Part shown: positions 1 through 9,008 of the stretch, piece after piece | Position numbering within the stretch: the first letter of the stretch is position 1 | Layout: each line of letters opens with the position of its first letter | NCBI RefSeq assembly: GCF_002994635.1 | Contig: NZ_PVNL01000139.1 | Coordinates: 82,055 to 146,054, forward strand | Length of the DNA: 64,000 nt | Direction: 5' to 3' | From: Enhygromyxa salina | GTDB lineage: Bacteria; Myxococcota_A; Polyangia; Nannocystales; Nannocystaceae | Program-made: the position numbers and the translations under genes | Notes under the pieces: generated by a model | The model's input: only the letters and a program-made list of their open reading frames with translations | Databases searched by the model: none | Told to the model about the DNA's origin: nothing

Positions 1-874
1 GCAGGCGCAGCGCGGCCGAGCGTGGAGATCGGCGCAGCTCGACCCCGGTCGGGCTCCGGTGCACGACGTTATCGATCCCGGCCATCTCGCGCTCGTCGAC
101 GCGGAGCCGCTCGAGCATCTGGCAGACCACGCGCTCGCCCTCGTTGATCACGACGCTGTCGAGAAACTCGAACCCGAGCAGCCCCTCGACGAAGCGCTGA
201 TCGAGCAGCGAGACGACCGGACCACCGAAGCACAGGTGGGCGTCGGGCAGCTGCTCGGCGAGGGCGCGGGCGATCAGCAGCGCTGGCAGCAGCTGGGCCG
301 AGAACGGGATCGAGAACCCGACCAGGCGCGGGCGCGGGTCAACCACCGCGCGCTGCAACAGCGGGCCGATGATCGCCAGCAGATCGGCCCCGACCCCGGC
401 GGCGAGGCTGGCCCGCAGCTCGGCGAGGGTCGGCGCGGCGAGGTCTCGCCCCTGATAGAGGAACACCTCGGCGAGCAGCCACTCGAAGTCGGTCTCGCGC
501 GAGCCGTCGAGCAGCGCCTGGCGGCCGTCGGCGCTGGCGAAGTAGTCACCGCGCATCGCGTCGAACACCGCCCGGCGGTAGCTGGAGCGCTGATCCTCGT
601 CGAGGCTCGCCCTGCCGCCGACGTGCTCGCCAACGTGTTCGCCGTGGTGCTCGCCAAGTCGATCAATGGTCGCGCGCGCCCGACCCCGGCGCGCGGCGAA
701 CTGCGGGCTGTCGAGATAGGCGTGCGCGGCCTCGCGGTTGAGGTCGAGGACGTCCGCCCGAAACCCGCGAGCGTTGGCGAAGGTGCTGAGGTGATGAGGC
801 GCCGGGTATGGCCAGGCCAGCGAGGTCAACGCGGGCGGCGGGAACACGAAGATCGCGTCGAGGGCTCCACTCAC
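1..874 (-). CDS. Probable B12-binding-domain radical SAM protein, N-terminal ~290 aa; continues beyond the left window edge. Not in the ORF track because it has no stop in the window
   Basis: The reverse complement, in phase with the + ORF at 59.., reads without a stop from a GTG at 874 to position 1. Stops lie just upstream at 884-889. The translation has cobalamin-binding-domain-like motifs: PRLVGFSIPFSAQLLPALLIARALAEQLPDAHLCFGGPVVS and FEFLDSVVINEGERVVCQML, which resemble the ...GGpH... and vD.vv.GEGE motifs of class B radical SAM enzymes. The + frame over 59-948 is rich in E/D/Q/R, which is typical of an antisense reading. Confidence 0.45.
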   Translation of the reverse strand, partial: MSGALDAIFVFPPPALTSLAWPYPAPHHLSTFANARGFRADVLDLNREAAHAYLDSPQFAARRGRARATIDRLGEHHGEHVGEHVGGRASLDEDQRSSYRRAVFDAMRGDYFASADGRQALLDGSRETDFEWLLAEVFLYQGRDLAAPTLAELRASLAAGVGADLLAIIGPLLQRAVVDPRPRLVGFSIPFSAQLLPALLIARALAEQLPDAHLCFGGPVVSLLDQRFVEGLLGFEFLDSVVINEGERVVCQMLERLRVDEREMAGIDNVVHRSPTGVELRRSPRSAALRL

Positions 875-948
875 ACGACCATCCTATCACGCGACAGGTC
901 CGACCTCGCGCGCCGCGTAACTCGGGACGAGGGTATAAGTGTGACAAT

Positions 949-2092
949 GCGGCGCATCGGGCTCATCATCGACACCGAGGCCGGCCACACGATCCCATTC
1001 GTGGATCTGGGGCTTCAGTTGATGGAGCACGGCCACGAGGTCGTGTTCATCGGTTTGGCGCAGAGCATCCACCTCGTGCCCCCGAGCTTGCGGTCGGCCT
1101 ACGTGTCGGTCCTCGACGGTGTCTACGAAGCCGCGACCATTCGCGCCATTCGGCAGCAGGCCCCGCTCGACTTTCCTTGCTACTGGGGCTTCGACGCCCA
1201 CCTCGAGCGTCTGCTCGACCCTGGCCTGCGCGATCAGCTGCGCGGGCTTCGGGTCGACGCACTGATCGCCAACCCCTTCCTCGGGCTCGAGACGGCGATC
1301 GCCGCCGAGCTGGTCGGGGCACCGGCGATCTTCGCGTTGCCGATGATGGGCAGCGATCCGGGGCCACTCGCAAAGATGCACCTCGAGCTGCAGCCGGCGG
1401 CCCTGCAGCGGCGGATCATCGAGCTGCTGCAGCTGACCCCCGACGAGCTCGAGGCCGCGCTCGCGCGCTGGCCAGCGTTGATCCTGTGCGCCCGCGAGTT
1501 CGAGCTGCCCGAGCTGGTCTACACCGGCGCCCACGCGCACTACGTCGGGCCGTGCCTGCGCGACTACGACGCGGCCAAGCAGCTCGCGGAGCGCGGTGAG
1601 CCCGAGACCGTGTACGTCTCGCTTGGCTCGACGCGGGTCCGCGAGACGGCGCCCGCCCGAGCGCTGCTACACGCGCTGCTCGACGAGGCCCGGGCTAGCC
1701 CTTCCACGCGGTTCTTCGTCACCGGCGCACCGCCGCCGGGCGAGCTCCCCCCCAACGTCGAGTTTCGGCAGTGGTTCGCCCAGCGCGAGCTCATGCGCAG
1801 CGTCCGGGCGACCGTCACCCACGGCGGATTGGGGGGCATCCGCGAGGCGATCGCCGGTCGCCTCGCGCCGATCGTCACCCCGTTCGTGCGCGATCAACCG
1901 GACAACGCGAGGCGCGTCGCGTATCACGGTCTCGGGCTCGATCTACACGGGCAGGTCGAGCAGCTTGGGCCCGCGCTGCGGCGGGTCCGAGCCGGGGAGT
2001 TCGACGAGCGGGTCGAGGCGCTGCGGCAGCGCTTTCGCGAGCTCGACCGCGCGCGCACAGCCGCGCGAACCCTCGACCAGCTGCTCGCCTGA
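949..2092 (+). CDS. GT1-family glycosyltransferase (UDP-glycosyltransferase / macrolide-glycosyltransferase-like)
   Basis: An internal ATG at 949 (MRRIGLIIDTEAGH...) follows an AT-richer stretch, gggtataagtgtgacaATG. The C-terminal donor-binding signature THGGLGGIREAIAGRLAPIVTPFVRDQPDNARRV matches the UGT/MGT HGG..G...E....G.P....P...DQ..NA motif. The upstream 59-948 part of the track ORF is an antisense shadow of the minus-strand gene. Confidence 0.8.
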
Positions 2093-2158
2093 GCCGAGCA
2101 CGGGTCTCACGTGTCGGCTTTGTCCCCCGCGAAACTGCCGCACGGCGCGAGCGCGAAC

Positions 2159-3481
2159 TCAATCCGATCGCACCAGGCCGTAGAGCTGGATGAACATGCG
2201 CTCGAGCAGGCGTCGATCCGCGGTCACGATCTCGGCGGTCCCGCCCATCCCGTGGCGCAGCTCGAGCGTCTGCCCATGCGTCGTACGCAGGCCATCGGGC
2301 AACTCCACGTTGACGAGGTAGACCCCCTCGCTGGCGACCGCAGAGACCGAGCCGACCCGCCCCTCGACCACACCGTGCTCGCGGTAGGGGTAGCCGTCGA
2401 GCTTGAGCAACACGCGCTGACCAACGGCGACCTTGCCGGAGTTGAGCTGAGGCATGGTCGCGCGACCGACGAGGGTCTCGGCCTCGGGCAACACGTTGAT
2501 CACCGCTTCGTCGGCGCTGACCCACTGCTGCGTGGCCCAGATCCGCGCGAGGCTGACCCGGCCCGCCGTCGGTGCGACCAGCAGATAGGCTCGACGCCAG
2601 CGCTCGTAGGCCCGGGCCAGGTTCGCGTAGCTGTCGTGGACCTCGCGGACCAGCGCGCGGCGACGGTCGCGGAGGTGAAAGCCGAGCTCGGCGCGGTTGC
2701 GACCAAAGCCAACCTGATCGATCTTACTGCGCAGGATCTCCACGTCGGCGGCCTCGAGCGCCCGCTCGCGCGCGCGCACGGTCGCCTCGGCGGCCTCGAC
2801 CTCGCGGCTCGCGACCACGCCCTCCTCCGCCAGCCGGGTCGCGGCTTTGGCCTCGCGTCGGGCCTGCTCGAGGTCCTCGACCAGGGCCCCACGCTGCCGC
2901 CGGATCCGGCCCGCGAGCGCGTCGCTGGTGTCGAGCTGATCGAGCAGCCCCGCGTCGCTGTCGTCGAAGTAGGGGTCGTCGACGAACGCGCGCAGCTCGA
3001 GCCAGGCGGACACGAGCTCGGCGTACTCGACGTCGAGCTCGCCGAGCTCGAGCGGGGCGCCGAGCGAGTGGGCGGCGGCGTCGAAGCGCTCGGGCGCCTC
3101 GAGCTGATCGGCGAGGGCCTCGAGCAGCTCGGCGACGACGCGGAGATCTTCGCTCCGCGCCGGGTTGTCGATCACCGCCAGCCACTGCCCGCGCTGGACC
3201 AGCTCGCCGTCTTCGACCCACAGCTGCGCGAGCCGCCCGCTGGTCCGCGCGACCACGGGCGCGGGCGGGGTCTGGCTCGTGACCGTGACCGGGGCCGCGA
3301 CAACGTCCGGGTACTCGAGCAACCACGCGGCGACGACCAGGGCGAGGAACACCGCGAACAGCACCGTGTTGCCCCAGCGCAGCACCGCCCCGGGGACGGT
3401 GCCGATGAAGTCCTCGAACGCGGCCCCACCGATCCGCTCGTGCGTGCGCTCCGAGGTCTCGCTCTGGCTCGCGTCCGCCAT
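2159..3481 (-). CDS. HlyD-family secretion protein (membrane fusion protein of a peptide/bacteriocin ABC exporter)
   Basis: The start is trimmed to MADASQSETSE... at 3481. There is an N-terminal TM helix, long coiled-coil-prone Ala/Glu/Arg-rich segments, and a C-terminal beta-barrel-like region, as in HlyD/CvaA. The start lies 1 nt from the PCAT stop (tgagATG), so the two are an operon. Confidence 0.8.
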   Translation of the reverse strand: MADASQSETSERTHERIGGAAFEDFIGTVPGAVLRWGNTVLFAVFLALVVAAWLLEYPDVVAAPVTVTSQTPPAPVVARTSGRLAQLWVEDGELVQRGQWLAVIDNPARSEDLRVVAELLEALADQLEAPERFDAAAHSLGAPLELGELDVEYAELVSAWLELRAFVDDPYFDDSDAGLLDQLDTSDALAGRIRRQRGALVEDLEQARREAKAATRLAEEGVVASREVEAAEATVRARERALEAADVEILRSKIDQVGFGRNRAELGFHLRDRRRALVREVHDSYANLARAYERWRRAYLLVAPTAGRVSLARIWATQQWVSADEAVINVLPEAETLVGRATMPQLNSGKVAVGQRVLLKLDGYPYREHGVVEGRVGSVSAVASEGVYLVNVELPDGLRTTHGQTLELRHGMGGTAEIVTADRRLLERMFIQLYGLVRSD

Positions 3482-3482
3482 C

Positions 3483-5681
3483 TCAGCCCCCGAGCTCGAG
3501 CTGGTTCTTGACCAGCTGGTAGTAGGTGCCCGCGAGCGCCGTGAGCTCCTCGTGAGTGCCACGCTCGACGACCTTGCCGCGGTCGAGGACGATGATCTGG
3601 TCGGCGTCGCGCACGGTGCTGAGCCGGTGGGCGATGACCAGAGAGGTCCGCCCGCGCTGAAACTCGCGCAGGCGATCCATGATCTGGCGCTCGTTGGTCG
3701 CGTCGAGGGCCGAGGTCGCCTCGTCGAAGAACAAGAACTGGGGATCGGCGTAGACCGCCCGCGCGATCAGGATCCGCTGGCGCTGGCCCTGGCTGAGCCC
3801 GACGCCGTCGCTGCCGATCCGGGTCTTCCACGCCAGCGGCAAGCTCTCGACGAACTCACGCAAGTTGGCGGTCTCGAGCGCGTCGAGCAGGCGCGGAACA
3901 TCGACCACCTCGAAGCCGACGGCGACGTTGCCGGCGATGGTGTCCGCGAAGATGTGCCCATCTTGCATGACCACGCCACACTGCCGGCGCCAAAACCCGC
4001 GATCGAGGTTGTCGAGGGCCAGTGAGCCGACCGTCAGCTGGCCCGCCTCGACGGTATAGAAACCGAGCAGTAGCTTGAGCAGCGTGGTCTTGCCGCTGCC
4101 GCTCGCGCCGACCAGCGCGGTGGTCTTGCCGGCAGGGATCTCGAGGTCGACATCGTGCAGGACCCAGCGCGAGCTGCCGGGGTAGCGAAACGACACGCCC
4201 TCGGCCACCAGCGAGCGCGCGCTGCCGAGCTCGCGCAGCGCCGGGCGATCTGCCGGCTGCTCCTCAGGGAACTCGTGGATCTCGTCGAGGCGATCGATGC
4301 TGAACTTGGCGTCCTGGGCCGCGGACACGAAGGCCAGCGTGCGCTCGAGCGGGCGGGCGACCTGGCCGACGACCCACGACAGCGCGAGCATCATGCCGAG
4401 GGTCATCTCGCCAGCGATGACCTCGCGCGCGGCGATGAAGGTGATGACGATGTTCTTGGCCTCGTTGATCGCCATGCTGCCTGCGCTCTGCACCTGCTCG
4501 AGCGCGAGCCGGCGCTTGTTGACGCGAAACAGGCGGACCTGGATCTTCTCCCAGTCCCAGCGCTTGCGTCGCTCGCAGTCGTTGAGCTTGAGCTCGGAGA
4601 TGCCCTCGACGAGCTCGACGAGCGCGTTTTGACTGGCGGTGCGGTGCTCGAAGTGCTCTTGATCGAGGCGCTGGCGCCGGCCCATCAGCGCGACGATCCA
4701 ACCGGTCGCGAGCGCGGTCCCAATCAGGAACACCGCGAGCACCGTCGGGCTGTAGATCGCGATCACGACCGAGAGCACCGCGACGTTGACGAACGAAAAC
4801 AGGATCTCGAGCGGACCCGCGGTCAGGAAGGTCTCGACGCGATCGTGATCGGCGACCCGCTGGAGCACGTCGCCGAGCGTGCGGGTGTCGAAGAAGCTCA
4901 TCGGCAGCCGCAGCAGCTGGGCGAGGAAGCCGGTCAGCATCGCAATGAACACACGCTGGCCGACGTGGAGCAGGATCCACGCGCGGATCATCTCGATCGC
5001 GGTGCGCCCGGCGAACAACATCAGCTGGGCGAGGAGCACGGCGTAGACGAAGCCGATGTCACGGGTCCCGATGCCGACGTCGACCAGGGCTTGAGTCAAG
5101 AAGGGGAACACCAGCCCGAGCAAGCTGGCGACGCTCATCCCGAGCATCAGCTGAACGATCAGCCGACGGTAGGGGCGAAAGTAGGGCCAGCGCGACGCGA
5201 ACCCGCGGGTCGCGTGCTGCTCGCCCTCGTGGGTGAAGAACGCGGGCGTCGGCTCGAGCACCAGCGCGACGCCCTGGCCCTCGTCGGCGGTCCAGCGGCG
5301 CAACACCTCCTCGCGCGAGAGGATCACCAGGCCAGCGGCCGGGTCGGCCACGCGGACGCGACGCTCGTCGGCCGCGACCACGACCACGAAGTGGTTTTGA
5401 TTCCAGTGGATGATGCACGGCAGCGGCAGCGCGCTCGCGAGCTGATCGTAGTTGGCCATGACCGCGAGGCTGCGCAGGCCGATCGACTCGGCGGCCGCGG
5501 CGACACCGTCGAGCGAGACCCCGTCTCGGGCGATGTCACAGCGCTCGCGCAGGGTCCCCAGCGACCAGTCGCTGCCGTGGTGCCGAGCGATCATCCGCAG
5601 GCAAGTCGGCCCACAGTCCATCGCGTCGTGCTGACGCATGGCGCGAAACGAGGAGCGGAAGCTTGGCGCGCGGTCGACCAT
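3483..5681 (-). CDS. Peptidase-C39-domain ABC transporter (PCAT; bacteriocin/RiPP double-glycine leader processing exporter)
   Basis: The N-terminal C39 domain has the catalytic Cys (MDCGPTCLRMIARHHG) and His (IIHWNQNHFVVVV). Six TM helices follow. The C-terminal ABC ATPase has GASGSGKTT (Walker A), LSQGQRQR (signature) and ILFFDEATSALD (Walker B). Confidence 0.9.
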   Translation of the reverse strand: MVDRAPSFRSSFRAMRQHDAMDCGPTCLRMIARHHGSDWSLGTLRERCDIARDGVSLDGVAAAAESIGLRSLAVMANYDQLASALPLPCIIHWNQNHFVVVVAADERRVRVADPAAGLVILSREEVLRRWTADEGQGVALVLEPTPAFFTHEGEQHATRGFASRWPYFRPYRRLIVQLMLGMSVASLLGLVFPFLTQALVDVGIGTRDIGFVYAVLLAQLMLFAGRTAIEMIRAWILLHVGQRVFIAMLTGFLAQLLRLPMSFFDTRTLGDVLQRVADHDRVETFLTAGPLEILFSFVNVAVLSVVIAIYSPTVLAVFLIGTALATGWIVALMGRRQRLDQEHFEHRTASQNALVELVEGISELKLNDCERRKRWDWEKIQVRLFRVNKRRLALEQVQSAGSMAINEAKNIVITFIAAREVIAGEMTLGMMLALSWVVGQVARPLERTLAFVSAAQDAKFSIDRLDEIHEFPEEQPADRPALRELGSARSLVAEGVSFRYPGSSRWVLHDVDLEIPAGKTTALVGASGSGKTTLLKLLLGFYTVEAGQLTVGSLALDNLDRGFWRRQCGVVMQDGHIFADTIAGNVAVGFEVVDVPRLLDALETANLREFVESLPLAWKTRIGSDGVGLSQGQRQRILIARAVYADPQFLFFDEATSALDATNERQIMDRLREFQRGRTSLVIAHRLSTVRDADQIIVLDRGKVVERGTHEELTALAGTYYQLVKNQLELGG

Positions 5682-5974
5682 CGTGAGCTCGCCCGACGAG
5701 ACGCGCCGCTCGGCGACGGCCGAACCTCCGGCCTCGCAGCCGTGGCCCAGATGCTAGCGAGATCAGACACCGCGTGTCCCCCCTTCGCCGCGCCCATCTC
5801 GGCTCCGGAGGTTGGTGCCGCCCAGGACCGCAGGGCCAGCCTCGCGCATCCGTCGCGCCACCCCGGTCGCGCGGCTTGGTCCTCAGATAGGCTCGGGCGC
5901 CGCTGAACACTGGCCCAGGGCCAGGTGAGCCAGAAGCCTCGGCGGGCTCGCCAGCCCTCGACTGCACCGAGCTA

Positions 5975-6238
5975 GTGGAGCTCGGTCCGCTCAACCCCGT
6001 CGACGCACACAGCGGCGCCTTCGTGGGCATCGACGTCCGCGACCACGAAGACTCCGACGCCCTCATCTCGGCCTACGAGGAAGGCAAGCAGGCGACCTCG
6101 AACGTAGACACCGGTTCGGACGAGGCAATGAAAGTGGACGTCGAGGTGGAGCGAGGAGTCGGCGCGCTGAATGAAGGTCAGCGCGCCGAACTGAGCGTCC
6201 TCGACCGGAGGCTGCCGGGGAGCGCGAACTACTCGTAG
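5975..6238 (+). CDS. Candidate small acidic protein (87 aa from a GTG; 36 aa from the internal ATG MKVDVEVERG...); coding status uncertain
   Basis: This is the only sizeable ORF in the 547-bp PCAT upstream intergenic region. It has high GC3 in the first two thirds, no Cys and no GG motif. The opposite strand in the same phase is also open, so the call is weak. Confidence 0.2.
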   Translation: MELGPLNPVDAHSGAFVGIDVRDHEDSDALISAYEEGKQATSNVDTGSDEAMKVDVEVERGVGALNEGQRAELSVLDRRLPGSANYS

Positions 6239-7209
6239 ACCACGGCGCCGGTGTTGCTGGTGTCAAACCTGAGCTTGTATCCGCAATTCCCAGATACGTA
6301 GGGGTCCCAGCCCCCGCTCGAATCGCTGGGGTCGGTCGACAGGCACCAGCCGTTCCCCCCGTCCTGTCCCCAGGTCTTGATCTTGTCGTAGTGGTCGGCC
6401 TCGCTGTACTCCCACAGCGTGACGTAGTCGATGAACATGGCGTCGCTTCCGTTGGTCTCGACGTAGATCCGGTCGGGCTGCTTCTCGCTCGAGAACTCCC
6501 AGGACGTGCCGTACTCGCACCACCTGGCGTAGTCGACGACCCGCTCGCCGAGCTTCGTCGAGCCGTCATACAGCGACACGGTGACGTCGTTGGAGGTCCC
6601 CTCGTTCTCGATCGTGCTCCGCCCACAGTCGAGCTTGACGGTATAGACCCACTCGAGCGGCGACGTGATATAGGCGTTTTCGTTGTCGACATCGAACCGG
6701 AACGCCTCTTGGCAGCCGGCGTTCGGATCGAGGTAGTTCGACCAACCGCTGGCGTCATTGGCGTCAGTCGAGAGGCACCAGCCATCGCCGCCGGTGACCC
6801 CATACTTGGAGATGGTGTTGCCCGTGCAAAACGAGCCGGAACAAGTATAGTACAGCTCGAGCCAGTCGAGGAACAGCGCGTCGTCGGAGTGGGTCTGAAT
6901 GATCACGTCGGTGATCCAGGCCTCGTCCCCCCAACTGTCGAAGGACCAGGCAAGCGAGCTGGGGTCATCGTCGTCGATGCAGTCGTGTGCCTCGAGGGTC
7001 ATGCTCGTCGATTGATAGAGGTAGTTCCCCGCCCACAGCGTGACATGAAAGGGGTCTTGCGATGCGCGCTCCGTCGAATTTCCGGGCCCGTTCATACAAC
7101 TGAGCTTGAGCATATTCGGACCGTCCCCGGTCTCGGCGAGCGCTGGCTTGGGCATGAAGACTCCCGCGATGAGGGTGGCGATGGTGAAAGCGAGCTTGGC
7201 TGAACGCAT
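6229..7209 (-). CDS. Secreted protein with two tandem ~150-aa Cys-containing domains (unknown function)
   Basis: The start is trimmed to MRSAKLAFTIATLIAGVFMPKPALA (a Sec signal peptide). There are two internal repeats, each ending GxGWCLSTDxxDxSGW...(G/N)CG..(F/L)RFD. The composition is Trp/Tyr/Asn/Ser-rich, unlike the neighbouring genes. Confidence 0.65.
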   Translation of the reverse strand: MRSAKLAFTIATLIAGVFMPKPALAETGDGPNMLKLSCMNGPGNSTERASQDPFHVTLWAGNYLYQSTSMTLEAHDCIDDDDPSSLAWSFDSWGDEAWITDVIIQTHSDDALFLDWLELYYTCSGSFCTGNTISKYGVTGGDGWCLSTDANDASGWSNYLDPNAGCQEAFRFDVDNENAYITSPLEWVYTVKLDCGRSTIENEGTSNDVTVSLYDGSTKLGERVVDYARWCEYGTSWEFSSEKQPDRIYVETNGSDAMFIDYVTLWEYSEADHYDKIKTWGQDGGNGWCLSTDPSDSSGGWDPYVSGNCGYKLRFDTSNTGAVVYE

Positions 7210-7613
7210 GCCGATCCCTTCAGCAAGATGGGTGCCGTCGTAAAGTCGCTTGTCTGGTCGGCGCGCCGCTTCTCGAGCGACTGTCGGGGACCGTCGCAAT
7301 CGTCAGCGACCGACGGCGACGGTTCGGCATGGCTCGAGACCGAGCGCCCGTGAGTGGGCCCGGGAGCTCGCGCAGTCGTGCAGCTCCTCGACGCTCGACC
7401 GGCACGGCACCGGACCGCCAGCTGCCCGGACCAAGAACTCGGTGGCGCGATGTTCACACCCCGCCGACCCTGGGTTGGATGTCTTAGCCGCTCGAGTGCC
7501 AAGGTCGGCGCTCGCGCATCGCACTCGACTGCACGTGTCGTGTGGACTTGGCTTCTCGCCACAGCGTCGGCTGCCAGCGTCGAGATGAGCCTATCATCTC
7601 CAGGTTGACGGTC

Positions 7614-9008
7614 TCACCGCGGGAGACTTTGGTCAGCCCCCATCGGAAGGATTGGCAAGCGAACCACAAAGCACGCACCCAAGCTCGATCCGCGCTCCAG
7701 CTCCAAGCTACCGCCGTGGTGGATGGCGATCTCGCGGGCAATGGTGAGACCGATACCAGTCCCCGGACGCCCGCTCGCCCGCTCGCTCGCGCCGCGATAG
7801 AACGGCTGAAAGATCTGCTCGGCGTCGCGCTCGAGGACCCCGACGCCGCGATCACGCACCAGCAACATCGCGGTAGGGCTCGGGCTCGCGTCGCAGGGCC
7901 GTCCTTCGAGATCCACGCGGCTACCCGGCGGCGCGTGGCCGATCGCGTTCTCGAGCAGGTTGCGGATCAACCGAACCAGATCCATGGGGTCGGCGCGGAC
8001 GGCCATCGGCTCGACGCGGATCACCACGTCGACCTGGTGGCGCTCGGCTTCAGCGGCGAGCATCGCCGCGGCCTCGTGGCTGACCTGGGCGAGATCGACG
8101 ACCGTGGACGGCAGCGCGGGCACCCGACCGATCCGGGCCAGGGCGAGCAGCTCGTCAGTGAGGGCCTTGAGCCGCCGGGTCGCGTCGAGCGCCTCCTCGA
8201 TCGAGCGTCGATACTCCTGGGCGTCACGCGAGCGGCGGAGCGCGTGGGAGAGCTCGCCGTAGAGGGCCGTCAGCGGTGAGCGCAGCTCGTGGGCGGCGTG
8301 GGCGATGAAGTCACTGCGGGCGCGCAGCAGCGTGGCGAGGCGCTCGATCATCGCGTCGACGTCGCCTGCGAGCTGGACGATCTCGGGCGCGGCCCGGACC
8401 TTGCCCACGCGCGCGTCGAGGTCGTGGGCCCAGATCCGGCGTGCAACTCGGGCGATGCGATCGTGGACCCGAGTGAGGCGCCGAACGACGTCGGAGGTGA
8501 GCAGGATCGTGGCCAAGAACGCGATCCCGAACACCAGGCCCATGACCCGCGCGAGGTACAGCGAGTCACGATCGAGGTCGCTGCGGGGCGCGGCCAGAAG
8601 CAAGACGACGCCAGCGTGACCCGGGATCTCGATGACCAGGCCGCGCAGGTGCTCACCTTGGAATTCAAAGTCGCCGAGCGGACGCCCGAGCTCGCGGACG
8701 GCGGGCGGCGGACCCTGCCAGGACACCGTGGCGTCGAGCACGGTGCCGTCTTCGGCGTAGAGCGCGGCGTACTTGGTCAACGGCCCGACGTCATCGGGGC
8801 TCGGGCCGAGCCGCGGTGAGATCCGCAGCCGGTCGGCCCCCGAGTGGGCGATCTCGGCTGACTCTTCCCGGGCCTCACGGCCGAGGGCCTCGTCAAACTG
8901 GCGCTGCTGGCTGGCGTCGACCAGCAGGTTCACGCTGGTGAACGCGGCCGCCAGCGTGATCAGGTTGACCGCCGAGATGGCGCCGACGAAACGGGCGCGA
9001 AAGCTCAT
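7614..9008 (-). CDS. Sensor histidine kinase (2 TM, HAMP, HisKA, HATPase_c)
   Basis: The start is at MSFRARFVGAISAVNLI, overlapping the response-regulator stop as ATGA. The H-box is AHAAHELRSPLT. The ATPase has N/G-box motifs (LIRNLLENAIGHA, GTGIGLTIAREI). The upstream part of the 742-aa track ORF lies out of frame over the response regulator. Confidence 0.8.
   Translation of the reverse strand: MSFRARFVGAISAVNLITLAAAFTSVNLLVDASQQRQFDEALGREAREESAEIAHSGADRLRISPRLGPSPDDVGPLTKYAALYAEDGTVLDATVSWQGPPPAVRELGRPLGDFEFQGEHLRGLVIEIPGHAGVVLLLAAPRSDLDRDSLYLARVMGLVFGIAFLATILLTSDVVRRLTRVHDRIARVARRIWAHDLDARVGKVRAAPEIVQLAGDVDAMIERLATLLRARSDFIAHAAHELRSPLTALYGELSHALRRSRDAQEYRRSIEEALDATRRLKALTDELLALARIGRVPALPSTVVDLAQVSHEAAAMLAAEAERHQVDVVIRVEPMAVRADPMDLVRLIRNLLENAIGHAPPGSRVDLEGRPCDASPSPTAMLLVRDRGVGVLERDAEQIFQPFYRGASERASGRPGTGIGLTIAREIAIHHGGSLELERGSSLGACFVVRLPILPMGADQSLPR

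Noticed and set aside
59-948. The 5' 890 nt of the 677-aa + ORF, as a possible N-terminal extension of the glycosyltransferase
   Set aside because: The composition is antisense-like (Glu/Asp/Gln/Arg-rich). The opposite strand in the same phase encodes a coherent B12-binding-domain-like protein with no stops. The GT has a clean internal ATG at 949 after an AT-richer junction.
4155-5906. A long + ORF (583 aa) opposite the PCAT gene
   Set aside because: An antisense shadow of a strongly supported ABC transporter. Low-complexity His/Arg/Glu-rich translation.
5682-5975. Minus-strand small ORFs upstream of the PCAT (e.g. MREAGPAVLGGTNLRSRDGRGEGGTRGV and the 68/176-aa frames), as a double-glycine precursor
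   Set aside because: Ser/Arg/Pro-rich off-frame-type composition. No plausible leader-core architecture or Cys/Ser/Thr-rich core. One overlaps the PCAT N-terminus.
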